Part shown: positions 51,014 to 64,000 of the stretch, in pieces
Layout of the letters: each line of letters begins with the position of its first letter
Numbering within the stretch: the first letter of the stretch is position 1
Assembly: GCA_951406725.2 (NCBI GenBank)
Contig: OX597826.1
Coordinates: 16,492,001 to 16,556,000, forward strand
DNA length: 64,000 nt
Source of the DNA: Octopus vulgaris
Taxonomy: Eukaryota
Reading direction: 5' to 3'
The notes under the pieces: generated by a model
Database searches by the model: none
What the model was told of the DNA's origin: nothing
Seen by the model: only the letters and a program-made list of their open reading frames with translations
Translations under genes and position numbers: made by a program

Positions 51014-51760
51014 TGTACAAATACATGTGATTACAAGCTTTAGTATGCCACTAAAACAATATGAAAATACTGCCGTACATTTACTCTCGTAAAATCCTAT
51101 CATGTGTCACTACTTAAAACGTTATGTAGTGTCTTCCCAAAACTTTGCGCATGACTATGATTGTTTGACAGGTCTCCAACTATATTATCTCCTTTCTGTG
51201 ATGTTAATTTAGTCTTTGGTACGTCGAAGTTTTGTTTTTTATAAAAACTGAGATGTGATGTATTTCACTGATATATATATATATATATATATATATAAGG
51301 ATAAGTCGTTAATTTAAAAATAAAATAACGATTTTATCAAGTGGTCAGCATGGAAAAAAAATAACCTCCAAAGGTAATAATTATTAAAATTATAAATTAG
51401 GTTATCTACGAGATACAACCATGCTGAAAATAGCAGCCATGATCTGACTCTACAACCACCTTAATTGTCCATATATAAACACGGAGAGAAAACAAAGAGA
51501 CAAGATGAAACTAGTAAAAAATTACTGGATTATCGAGTATAATATAATATTAGGGAGTACAACTCGAAACTTACAGGGTAAAATTCAGTTTAGTATTTAA
51601 TCAAATTTCACAATATAAATATACAATATATAAATTACAGAAAAGATAGTGTACAAATACATGTGATTACAATCTTTAGCATGCCACTTATATAAAACAA
51701 TATAAAACTGCAGAAGTACATTTACTCTCATAAACTCCTATCATGTGTCACTCCTAAAAA
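51014..51760. repeat. ~105-bp direct repeat enclosing PLE-tail-like fragments
   Basis: tgtacaaatacatgtgattacaa..cctatcatgtgtcact at 51014-51119 and 51650-51760; 51545-51610 resembles the 3251/11440 tail. Confidence 0.75.
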
Positions 51761-52249
51761 AAAATAGAAATAAAAAAATACTTCTTTACCACCGAATAGT
51801 CACAAATCTATTACAGACATGATAGGAAAAATATCAGCGAACAATAATATTGTCTTACCTCTACTGGGTAAGAACAAGTATATGCTGATGAACCTGGTAT
51901 CGGTTTCGAAAATTAGCACCAAGTAGGTGACCGATTTCTGATCAGCCAAAGTCTGCCAGCTAAATTACGACTAGCATTCTCCCCCACCATGCCTGCAAAA
52001 GTTCGTTTGAACTGACCAAGCACTATAGGAACAAACGGTGACTATTCGTTGGTATACAAGTATTTTTTGGATTTCTATTGTTTAGAGATATAGATACTCA
52101 TATAGTACCCTTGTATATATATATATGTAGATATATAATATTGTATATGTATATTTTATAAATTTGCATGTACGGCTAATAATTCGCTTACTGCTCGTGA
52201 TACCATTCCCATATTTATTCATATACATACACAATTTATTGCAACTACA

Positions 52250-52900
52250 GCCACCTTTTCAGTGACCACAGCTGCTTAATCTCCCAAGCTAATCTCCAGT
52301 CACAAAATCCCATAGGATCTTTGCATTATCATGTTCATGGTCATGTTCGTACCACTGTTTACTCTGTTGCAAAGTGTCCAGTTTATAATCCTTGCAATAT
52401 TGTCATGACGTCTCCTATGTTCTTTTTGGGCTAGTGGCGTACATCGGCAATATGTCATACGGTTTCACCATTTTTTCCACATATTCTACACTTATCGCTT
52501 TCTATTCTGTATTGTCTTTTCTGTATTTGATGTTCTCTATTCTGTATTTAATGTAATTGGTTCATAAAGCTTGCTCTTAGGCAACACAGACTAAAATCTT
52601 CATTTCCTGTTTAAAATCACTTTTAGTCATCCATAGACACCTTTTTTCTCTGCATGTCTTATCTTCAACATCCCCATGAAATTGTGCGTGCATTCTTTTC
52701 TTTATCCGCTTATTTTCGGTTTACTTCATTCTCGAGTGCTTGTACAGTGCTTTATCTTTGCAATCTTCCATCCTACACAAGCTTGTCCTTCTTACTTCCA
52801 ATAATAGCGGTTCTGTAGCATATTTTATATACCATGCTATGTTGTTTTCTTCTGTTCCAATGCTGTGTCTGCATCTAATCAGTCCTCTTCCCATTATCCT
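52250..52900 (-). mobile_element. R4/Dong-type LINE fragment
   Basis: GRGLI..EQAL.TNYIK..KCRICGKNGETV.HI..LAQKEHRRRHDNIARIINW..AKILWDF. Confidence 0.85.
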
Positions 52901-52940
52901 CATCATCTTTATTATTATTTTTATTATTTATTATTATTAT

Positions 52941-53001
<61 letters not shown>

Positions 53002-53002
53002 G

Positions 53003-53206
53003 AGGCGGTAAGCCGGCAAAATTGTTAGCACGCCGGGTGAAATGCTTTGCGGTATTTCGTCTTTCTTACCGTTTTGTGTTTAAATTTCTCCGAGATCGAC
53101 ATTGCCTTTCAAAAATTTGGGATCGATAAAATATATACCAGTGGAACACTGGGATCGATATAATCGACTAGTCCCCTCCTGACAAATCTGAGGACTTGTG
53201 CCTCTT
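53003..53206 (+). mobile_element. SINE family B (tail type 2)
   Basis: aggcggtaagccggcaaaattgttagcacgccggg..gcctttc..gatcgataaaa..accag..gacttgtgcct. Confidence 0.75.
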
Positions 53207-53218
53207 GTATGATTATTA

Positions 53219-53291
<73 letters not shown>

Positions 53292-53367
53292 CATTATTAT
53301 TATTATTATTATTATCATTATTATTATTATTATTATTAATATTATCATTATTATTATTATTATTAAT

Positions 53368-53402
<35 letters not shown>

Positions 53403-54015
53403 TATTATCGTTATTATTATTATGTAAAACTGATTTGTCTCCATGCGTCTCCACTCGGCACCATGCATCCAGTTCGGGCCTGTATTATTGAATAGAGAAA
53501 CAGAGGAAGCTTGTTACTCGATATTTGACTGATATTCCTCAAGCAGGGCCCCATGGTGTTGTTAGAGGTACCAACGATGATTTAGCGTTACCACTTTCGT
53601 TAGAAAAGAGATTTCCTTCGACCGCATTAGTGCACCGAAAGCTAGTATCGTCTTCGTTACTGGAAGCTGACAGAAGCAAGTGTGTTATGTATGTGTCTGT
53701 GTGGGGGTATATGTACGTGTGCTTCTTTGTGTGTGCGAACGTGTATTGGATATGGGTGATTTTATTTTGTTGGCTGTATGATTGTAAGTTGTATGTATGC
53801 ATGAGAATACGTGTGTGTTAATACCTGATATATATACACGTTCCTACTCGAATGCGTGTAGGCTGCATGTTTGGGTATGTGCATAAGTATGTGCGTATAG
53901 GCATTTCTGTATAAATGTACGACTGTGATCCTGCTTGTCCGGAAGTGCAAATATGCGTGTGTGTGTATTTGTCTCACACGTGCGTGTGTGTGTGTGTGTG
54001 AACACATATATGTAC

Positions 54016-54243
54016 GGCGATCTGGCAGAAACGTTAGCACGCCGGGCGAAATGCGTAGCCGTGTTTCGTCTGCCGTTAAGTTATGGGTTCAAATTCCGCC
54101 GAGGACGGATTTGCCTTTCATCCTTTCGGGGTCGATACATTTAAGTACCAGTTACGCACCGGGGTCGATGTAATCGACTTAATCCGTTTGTCTGTCCTTG
54201 TTTGTCTCCTCTGTGTTTAGCCCCTTGTGGGTAATAAAGAAAT
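54016..54243 (+). mobile_element. SINE family B (tail type 1)
   Basis: ggcgatctggcagaaacgttagcacgccgggcg..ggttcaaattcc..gcctttcatcctttcggggtcgat..aagtaccag. Confidence 0.85.
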
Positions 54244-56564
54244 ATATATGTACTCTTTCAGTATTTATATCCGCGCGTGTGACAGATGTATGTTAGTGTA
54301 ATATATGAATGTGCGCATGTGCTTGAGTGTGGGATGTGCGTGTCAGTGTCTGCTGCACACGACAGCAAAAGAATGTCTGCTTAGGGTGTTGGTATTTAGG
54401 ATTTTAAATACTATGGAACGGAATAAAATATATATTAAAATATAAATAGAAAACGTCATTAGCTAAGCGTTTAAGAAAGTCAGGAAAATTCAAAGAATCT
54501 TCCCAATCAAAAACATTGAACTTAATCTGACCCCTGTTATTATGTAGCCCTGAATGTCGACATTTTGTTTTCCTGTAACAAGATAAATTTGGACGTTCGG
54601 ATTATGAATCAGAATAAAATTGCAATCATAGCATAATTAAAACTGTTGTTTATTGACTGTTTGTTTTTGCTCCTTTATTACATCCAAGCTAAAGAAACAA
54701 TGAGAATCGAATGCAATTCAAGAGAAAAAAAGGAATAATTTCATTTTGAGATCGTTCAATACATATTAATTAGAAGGCATTGATTTCGCATGAAAGAGCT
54801 CTTTTACCGAATCTAAATAGTTAAATGGACGAAATTTCATTTAATCAGTGGTTTATATTATTTTCACTGCTTTATGAATTTCTGAAAAGAATTAATTTTC
54901 TTACTTTTGTTTTTTTATTGTTCTTTTTCTCGCAACATGAAGTAATTTTACTAACTTGGTTGAAGTTTATTAACTATAAACAATTTTTTAAAATGCTATT
55001 TTGGAAAACAATTATTATCATGCTAAAACTGAATACATTTTTTATCAATATAAACTATTTTTAGATTTTGCTTCAAGTATTATACTTTATATTTAGTAAT
55101 TTCGGCAAGTTTTTCCATCAAAAATTTGAATCTAACAAAATCTGTAGCTGAACGACCGTAGATGGGAGCTCTGGTAGAAATCTGTCAGGAGGAACTCATC
55201 TTGTGCGCCAGAATTATTCCTCATCTTCATTCTACCATCTGACCTATGGATGTCTTTACCAAGTGTGAGCTTTGCATGTCGCTTCGGTTTATAAACAATG
55301 TCATTTCTCCGCCACCATTCGCCGAGGCCTTGAAATGGGTTTTATATGCGAGCAACTGTTCCTCCTCAAACCAAAATAAAGTTGGAAGTTATATTACTAA
55401 ATTCACATGTGTTAGGTTTAAGAAAGGAAACAAGACAGACGACTCGTTTCTCCTACCTCATTCAAAAACACACAAACACATACACACATATACACACAAA
55501 CTTACATATAACATGACAAATGTTATTCCATCACTGGTTGTTAATTCGTAAATTATTTCCACTGAACTGAGAGCAAATATGCTAAGTGCGCATTGATAAT
55601 ATGATTGTAATAACAATATTGTTTCCCCAGAGCAAAAATATTGGATGCTTCGTTTAGCTGCGCCTTTGGAAATATTAAGTTTAATGAAAATTTTAAAATG
55701 TTGTGTATAATTTTTATATAATTTTCCACACTGAATCTCAGGGTCAAATTCACTTTTTCCAAATACATTTTCAAAAACAGTTACAGCGGATTAAACTTTG
55801 AAATTTTTTTTGAACCCATCAAAAAATAAGTTTTGGAAGTTTTTTTAACCCATCGGAAAATAAGTTTTGGAAGCCGTCACTTTGTGCATAATGCAGGTGT
55901 TGGTAACTGTAAACAGATAAAATATTGGAGGAATTTTGCTTTACGCACACCATATAATTTCTCAAAACTTGTTTATTTTTCAGGAATTTTTATAAATCTT
56001 TGAAAATTTGTATTCTAAACAGGGAAACTGATATGATCACGCAACCCCCCTACCCAAAAAAATCAAAGATAAATAAATAATAATTGGTGCATGAATTAGG
56101 ACCTATTTAGCTATTATTTTTGGCACATTTCATGACTACCTCGTACTTCATGCGTTTTAAACAATTAATTAGTGAAACATGATCAATTCAGTAAGCTGTT
56201 TGATAACACCTTGGATTGTTACTATGGAAACAGGAAACTACATATTTCGATTGGGTAAAATTATATAAACTTTAAAAACTTTAAAAGCTATTAACTCCTT
56301 ATTTATTGATTTATGACGAAAAGGAATTTCATGTCAATGATTACCAAATTTAGCTACATCAATACACCAAATAGGAAATCAATTGAAATAAAACTTGAAA
56401 AGTGGCAGCCAAACAGAAAAGATCCAAAATATTTATTTTGGTAGACGAGAGTGAAATACTATGGGATTATAATTACTGCAATTAAAAATCAGCGAAAGAT
56501 TCAATCAAATTAAGACTGGTGCTCTGAGTTGTGAGGAACCGGGAATATCTCAGTGATGTTAAGA

Positions 56565-56611
56565 CCATCACCACCACCACCACTACTACTCCCACCTTCT
56601 CCTACTACTAT

Positions 56612-56643
<32 letters not shown>

Positions 56644-56806
56644 TCACTACTACTACCACTGCTGCTGCTACTACTACTATTGCCGCAACTATTGTAACAA
56701 TAACAAATGAAGATCATGATGACGATGACGACAACGACGAGAATGATGTTAGCAACGGCGATGATGCTGACGGTTTTGGTGGTGGTGGTTCAAGAAGAAA
56801 GAAGAA

Positions 56807-56841
<35 letters not shown>

Positions 56842-56842
56842 A

Positions 56843-56889
<47 letters not shown>

Positions 56890-56955
56890 AGAAGAAGAAG
56901 AATGAATGAATGAATGAATTAAGTAATTAATTAATTAATTAATTAATTAATTAAT
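56565..56955. repeat. compound microsatellite (CCA)(CTA)(GAT)(AAG)n(AATG)n(AATT)n
   Basis: Directly visible; accounts for the poly-T/K/R ORFs. Confidence 0.95.
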
Positions 56956-58128
56956 GAACTCCTATAGCAAATTCTGTAGAAATATAATATTAGAGAGATG
57001 TAATGAAGAAGTAGATGCGTATATATAATTGTAAAGACCAACATTTCTTGAATAAAACATTAGATTGCTGTAAGGTGCAAAATATAAACAGAACATGATA
57101 CACTACTTGGATACAGTTTAAATGAGGCATGGAATCTCGTGTCAGACGGAACGTAGAGATAATTACCAATTTCTGTCTGCTTCTTGCTTCTCTATCCGAC
57201 ACCTTAAGCTCTAAAGTTTTACAGAGGTTAGCTATCTTTTAGATTCTACATGGTTTAAAGGACCATGATAAACCAATTGGCTGGTAAAGATGATTGGAAT
57301 TATATAAGAAATGCAATAGGTACTTTGAAAATATTTTGCAGCCATAAAATGGTATTTAACAAATGTTTATTGGCTCTGGAAGGCTGGCCTCAGCCAAATA
57401 TTGAAGAGAGACGGTGTATAGATATAACGTTAAGAAATATGATATGTTTCAGAAGGCGAGAAAAAAAGGGAAACACATTTGAAAACCTTATATACGTCGA
57501 AATAAGAATGACGGGGAACTGAATATGCGAAACGGATCAGGTAATAGACGACACATGTCACCTTTGTATTTCGCAATCTTTTCCTCCTTGCTCGGTCCTG
57601 ATATTTCTGAATTTTCCCAATTCCTTTGATATCCATATTTTATTGCAAAGTTTGTCATACTACAGTGTTTTATTTTTCTCTCTTTGGTCATATATAGGCT
57701 CCTTACTTTATTGAATTATGTTCAATCGCTATGGAGAAATCCCATGAAATATGAAATTTGAAATTAAAGGAAATTTCTAAGAGAGTTTGGGAAATGACAG
57801 AAAAAGAAAAAAAATGACCTACAATTCAATGAGTAATAACGTGGTATACAAATGTAACATATATATTGAGAAAGAAAAAAATGCTTTTAAAGAGAGATTT
57901 GGGAAAGAAGTGCAAGTTATTAATGAGAAGTATTCAAAATGACGTGAACTTGATAAATGATTATTTCATGTAATGTTGGCTAAAAACAAAAGGAATTATT
58001 ACATAAAGATAATGACATCTGTCATGTTATCATTACAGAATAAGTTGACTTCAGTCAATTACCAGCATAGAAACGTTTTGATGGCGTTCCGAAGATAAAT
58101 GCCAAAATTGTCAAAGTATGTCAATATC

Positions 58129-58168
<40 letters not shown>

Positions 58169-59307
58169 CGTAGAACGTATGGAAAAGAAACGATTGGGAG
58201 AATTAGAAAGCAAGAATTAAATAATGAAAAATTGTTGTACTTAGAAATAAATTACAAATAAATCTTCTCGTAAGAAATGATGTTGAGTAATGCTCGTGTA
58301 TGAATATCTGCATATATTATTTAAACAAATAATGCACTTTGAAATTATATTAATGAAATATAATTATATACATTCCGTGAACAGTTTTTCTTCGTATTCA
58401 CAGATGAGTACTTGTAAAGTCGCTTTTATACCTTGCAAGAACGATACGTACGAATAACAGCAACAACAATTACAAAGAAATTCGCTACCCGCTGCTTTTT
58501 ATCTCTTTTCTACTAAAACTAACTCCAGTTAAGCTGTAATTTGCTCCCAAGAACCTATTATGATACTAAGTACTTGAAGCTAATTTTTCGACTTCAATTA
58601 CTCATTCTTTTGATTCCTCTTAATCTAATCTCTCCTCCCCCCCCCTCTCTCTCTCTCTCTGTCCGTCTGTCTGTTTATGCGAACCTCTTTATGTGGCTCA
58701 AGAGAGAAGAGAAGACACATTGTCGGTGTTGCTTTGTAATTCTCACTAATGAGATATTCGTTATAAGCTGTGGGTATATTTTATTGTTGGTAACTGAGGC
58801 AACACCTCTCATTTCTTAAATGAATCGGCTAACCTAATTTGTTTTATACTTTTATCATACAATTTTATTAAAATTTGATAGAAAGCATTAAGGAGGAATA
58901 TTACCTGCTGCCTCAACATTTATAAGAAGCACCGAAATATTTGTCTCCATATTTATGCGCAAGCTAACAGCTTCTTTTCTACTATTGCCACGAAAATATT
59001 CGTTTCTCAATAAATTTTCTTCAGATCTGACTGCTGCTGAAATATTTGTATGTCAATAATTCTATGGTTAATATTTCTATGATAGTTAAACTTTAGTAGT
59101 GTAAAGGCTTAACCCACTAGCATTCAGACGATTCGTTCAAGTTTAATGCTTATTTATTCACAGTTTTGAATTAATTATGCTTCATAGCTTTGAGATTTCG
59201 ATAATGTGCTGTGATGATTGTTTATGCGTTTAGAATGATATTGTAGGGTAGATATGAAAATATGAGGAGCTGGATCTGGTACATAAGAGATAGAATATTG
59301 TGACTGA

Positions 59308-59361
<54 letters not shown>

Positions 59362-59364
59362 CAA

Positions 59365-59710
59365 GTTCGTCTGGGCGGTAAAAAATTTACTTTCCAAACA
59401 AATTCCACCGCGTGACATCTGGGTCAAGTGTCTTGTTCCATAACCTCTGGGCAAAGTGTGAGTGGATTTGCTCGACTGAAACTGAAAGAAGCCCATCGTA
59501 TACATTGATGGGTGTGTTCCCAACCCATCGCTGGACCACTAGTGTTGGCTTGTTTACGTCCTGTAATTTAGCGACTCAGCAAAATAGAACGATATCATAT
59601 GTATCAGGCTTTAAATGAATAACTACTGGGATCGATTCGTTCATCTAAATCCTCTTCATGATGATTTCCCTGCATATTCCCAGTCCAATGACAAGAGCCA
59701 GTAACAGATA
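59365..59710 (+). mobile_element. SINE family A, old degraded copy
   Basis: gtgagtggatttg..gaaactgaaagaagcccatcgtata..tgtttacgtcctgtaatttagcg. Confidence 0.65.
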
Positions 59711-60636
59711 TAATATAAACGATAAACATGCGTATAGATATAATTGTTCGTCTTTTTAACTCCACGATGTAGTAGTTCATCAGTATATTACTTTTCGATG
59801 CAATCACATTTCTTTTACACGGTTTTACGCCACAGTGTTAGTACATATACAATACATTAGGATTTGTTACACAATTTTCCCTGAGCGAAAATATTCCTTT
59901 CTCAAATTATCTATTGTGTTTGTGTAATCTGAAAAAATTATTTGATAAAAATGCTGATAATTATGTGCTTCTAACATTCAGGCTTGTCGTCTCCAGTTTG
60001 CATACGACCCAGTCTGTATAATTTTACCAATTGAAATTAAATAATAATCCTACATGCTTTCCTGTTATTCAGTTCTAAGGGATGTTATTGCTGGCCACAC
60101 AATAATTATAGAATTCTCTTTCGAGGGAAATAAATAAAATTTTGAAGAAGATATAAATTTGGCTCTTTTTTTTTCATTACCTAGAGCGATAACATTTAAT
60201 CGACATATAATAGTCTAACCATTACAGTGGTAGTAATTTTAATTTATTTTACTGCGAGTTGAATCCATTCTCAAATGTAAGCTACCTACGGACCTAAGAA
60301 AGCCTCAAACTATATTCGTGCCTAAATGAACATGACTCGAAAGAAGGCAGAATAGCAATGTTCAGTAAATCTAGATTTGTTCTTTAATTCCTATATGAGG
60401 CACAAGCATCTACCGAATGATTATTCCTTCACGCTTGGAGAACACAAAAATACGTTAATAGGTATAACTCGGTAGGAAAAACTAACTACAAAAAGGAAAA
60501 CAGACTTCAACTACCGTGACATATCACTTATAGACGGATGCCATATCTTTCAGGTCATATGAAGTATTTACATTATGGTGTACATGTATATTCCTCTCAA
60601 TTGAACTCACTTCCACTCTCAATTCTTAAATATTTT

Positions 60637-60790
60637 GGCTGTGTGGTAAGTAGATTGTTTACCAACCACATGGTTCCGGGTTCAGTCCCACTGCGTGGTA
60701 CTTTGGGCAGGTGTCTTCTACTATAGCCTCGAGTCGACCAAAGCCTTGTGAGTGGATTTGGTAGACGGAAACTGAAAGACGCCCGTCGCA

Positions 60791-60853
<63 letters not shown>

Positions 60854-61065
60854 TTGTGTGAGTGTGTTTGTCCTCCTAGCATTGCTTGACCACCGATGCT
60901 GGTGTGTTTATGTCCCCGTTACCTAGCGGTTCGGCAAAAGAGACCGATAGAATAAGTACTGTGCTTACAAAATAATAAGTCCCGGGGTCGAGCTGCTCGA
61001 TTAATGGCGGTGCTCCAGCATGGCCGCAGTCAAATAACTGAAACAAGTAAAAGAGTAAAAGAGTA
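60637..61065 (+). mobile_element. SINE family A, near intact
   Basis: Collinear and highly similar to the reverse complement of 44934-45351, with internal (TA)n(TG)n at about 60790-60870. Confidence 0.9.
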
Positions 61066-61616
61066 TGTTACAACAAAAACCATCTCACTATAAAGTGAAC
61101 ATTTTCAATGTATGACATTCATCTTAACGTTTTATACGAATATATACATATAAATTTTAGTTTTTAAATTTCACTAGGGAATATTTGCAGATCATTATTT
61201 GTTTCGTTTTCAAATATTCTAAAGTGAAAAATGAAGCATCTAATAAGAAATACGTATGCATAAAGTAGCAAGGAACAATGCAAGGAAATAGTCTATTGCA
61301 TACATTGACAAAACTATATGTTAAAATGTAAATTTATTCAACAGATGTATGTTTATATGTATAGTTTTGGCCCACTTGTTCTCTCACACACACTATCTCT
61401 CTCTTTCTCTCGCTAACTTTTGCTCCCGATGTATATTGATAAATAAATGAATACTATGTGTGTCTGTATTTGTTTGTGTGTTTTGTGAGTGTCTCGATGC
61501 AAAGATATTTGACACGTTAGTCTGCGGGAAATTTCATTATTCTGTTATCGTCCGTGGTTTACGACGATCGCGGTATTGATCTCGGTATTGATTGACGATG
61601 TCACCGATATCTGTTC

Positions 61617-61647
<31 letters not shown>

Positions 61648-61658
61648 CATACATACAT

Positions 61659-62000
61659 AGGGTAAAGACCCCCTTCGGTCATGAATGACCATGGGATTGC
61701 ACCTAGAAAGTTACCCTCCTAGACACAAGTCTGGGCAAGGTTGTTTATGGAAGACCAGCAGTCGCCCATGCATACCAGCCTCCCCTCTCCACGCCACCAG
61801 TGTTATCCAAGGGAAAGACAAAGGTCGATACAGCTTGGCACCAGTGACGTCGCAACTCATTTCTACAGCTGAGTGAACTGGAGCAACGTGAAATAAAGTG
61901 CTTTGCTCAAGAACACAACACGCAGCCCGGTCCGGGATTCGAGCTCACAACATCACGATCGTAAGCTCGACGCTCTAACCACTGAGCCATGCGCCTTCAC
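61659..62000 (-). mobile_element. tRNA-derived SINE family C head with a different 3' half, in (TATG)n
   Basis: gtgaaggcgcatggctcagtggttagagcg..cttacgatcgt..tgtgttcttgagcaaagcactttatttcac matches the 31345 copy. Confidence 0.85.
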
Positions 62001-62048
62001 ATATATACATATATACATACATACATACATATATACATATATACATAT

Positions 62049-62079
<31 letters not shown>

Positions 62080-62679
62080 CATACATACATACGTACGTAC
62101 GTACGAACATACATACATACATACAACATACATACACACACATACATACATACATACACATACATACATACATACATACATGCATACGTATATAGGCATA
62201 CTTCACCCTAAGTTATTAATTGGTTCCAGGAGACACGACTTAAATTGCATTGATTCATCTCCAGGCTAGCTTGAGTCGAAATTACTTGTCTCTAGGCTAA
62301 ACCGATAATGACCATTCCCAGTTTTGTACTTTATTCATGAATGCATTTTCAATAATACATGGGTGATAAAAACCTATTTTAAGCTTACAAACAAATAAGT
62401 TTAATTTTTTAATACAGTAGAGTAAAATAATAATAATCTAAATTTACGATTACAGTTTGGAGGTGTTTACCGTACATCGCGGGCGCTTTATTTATGAATG
62501 CGGTTTGCAAGAAGACATGGCAAAAGAAAAGTATTTTTTAAGCTTGAAAAACAAATTCAGTAATTATCATTATTTTGCAATAGTAAAAAAAAAGTTGTTT
62601 TAAATTTACCAATACGCACATATAATGTGATGGTTTGATATCGCGGATATATATGGCTGTGGATCGTCAACATCAACAG

Positions 62680-63900
62680 CCGACTCTGGCTGTTCTCGTT
62701 GTTCGATGCGCTTAAAGAAAACCCGTTGAGAGTTCCTGAACTACCTTCTTCTGTTCCTCAAGAATTACATTCTAAGGAGCAAAAGCTATGAGGCATGCCG
62801 CCATAATCTTGGGAGAGCGTTGAACATAGAAATACCTTTTTCAATATATGCAAATGGTTGTTGCATTTTCTTAATGATAAAGTGATGTGGTTCATGTTCG
62901 ACTTCCTATTCTTCTTTATTTTGCTTCTCGTGAAGCTCTCTCGAAACCTCTTTCGTTAGGGGTTGCTTGTCTTTTTAAATAAATTTGTGAAATCCTACTC
63001 CTCCTAATTCATTTCCATTTCTTTGCCCGTAGTCACCAACGTTTTGTTGATGGTAATGTTACCAAACCCCTTAAAATCATTCACGAATTGTGGCCAGAGG
63101 TTCTTCAATACACCATTCATAGCCGTGCTCGGTGCATCATTCCATGCCACTGCTATGTTCTGTACAGCCTTGTAGGTACCATATCTCTTCCCAAAGTCAC
63201 GAAGTGTGATGGACCCATCACGATCGCCTGCAGCTATTGCTTGCCGCAGTGTACGCTTCATACAGTAACGGTTGAATATAGCAATTATTCCCTAATCCAT
63301 TGGCTTTTGAATTAGCCATCCATATAAGAGGGTGAGTACGTTGGATACGTTCTTCAGGGCACGGGATTCGTGTGCATGATACACAAGCAATGGCTTTAAC
63401 TTAAAATCTCCTGCACAATGACCTCCCGACATAATTGCCACACATTCTTTTGAAACCTTGTAGCCTGGAATAGTTCTCTCCTCCTTGGAAATGAATGAAC
63501 GGTCTGGCAATTCTTTCCAGTACAGTCCAGTTTCGTTTACGTTTAAAATCTCTACAGGAAGAAACCCGTTTGCTTTGAGATCTACATCTTTCTCATTTGG
63601 ATATTTTTTCTTCAGTTCCTCAAACAAAGACAACGCTTTCTCTAGAATTATTTCTTGACTAATAGTAGTACGCCAACGATTCAATTTAACAATCCAAAGA
63701 GAAAGATGACTTTCCATTTCTTCAAAGATTTTGTCTCTTTTCTTACTGAGGTCAGTGTTCTTTATCCCCGAGGTTTCAGATTTGATATGTGCTAAAATCC
63801 TGTTCTTATTATGTACAATCGTGGATACAGTTGTCCGACTCATCCCAAATAGCGTTTTATCATAGCCATTTTATCTTCCAGCCTTATAGCATGACGTTTA
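62680..63900 (-). pseudogene. Tigger/pogo DDD transposase remnant, internally deleted
   Basis: HTH MSRTTVSTIV; CENP-B-like EMESHLSLWI..ISQEIILEKA; ILNVNETGLYWK..GDFKLKPLLVYH; QPMD-like motif; AVAWND..LWPQFV. Confidence 0.88.
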
Positions 63901-64000
63901 GCAGTTTCCCTATGAATTTTCTCAAGAGCCATGGGGATAAAAAATAATGTCACGAATGAAGGAGATTGAGAAAGTAGCAGACGTAAACAAATCTGAATGC

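Noticed and set aside
51883-51920. CTGATGA..CGAAAATTA
   Set aside because: Stem II register and stem I do not fit a hammerhead.
55130-55400. Coding-looking island
   Set aside because: Stops in the frames checked, no clear splice sites and no recognisable domain.
55780-56425. Possible DNA transposon ending aaacagaaaagatcc
   Set aside because: No matching left TIR or TSD visible.
57100-57700. Short overlapping ORFs
   Set aside because: No recognisable motifs; lengths expected by chance.

Overview
AT-rich animal genomic DNA dense in microsatellites. The SINE and repeat landscape resembles an octopus-type cephalopod genome; this is an inference from recalled repeat families. No host gene or exon could be supported, and most listed ORFs are translations of microsatellites. 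The window is a nest of mobile elements. It contains a young 5'-truncated Penelope-like element (PLE) with an uninterrupted RT + GIY-YIG ORF (16330-21022), a GC-rich Neptune-type PLE 3' end, two decayed relatives of the young PLE, three R4/Dong-type LINE remnants, RTE and Tx1/L1 fragments, a non-autonomous Helitron, a Helitron helicase fragment, a Tigger/pogo remnant, a Tc1/mariner-type MITE and three SINE families. The dominant hidden structure is a set of about ten minimal type I hammerhead ribozyme (HHR) motifs from several PLE families. They have palindromic stem III sequences and co-varying 3-8 core pairs (C-G, U-A, possibly A-U). Many sit in asymmetric fold-back insertions (tail + arm + inverted arm) within (TA)n, and twice that (TA)n is the internal microsatellite of a SINE.
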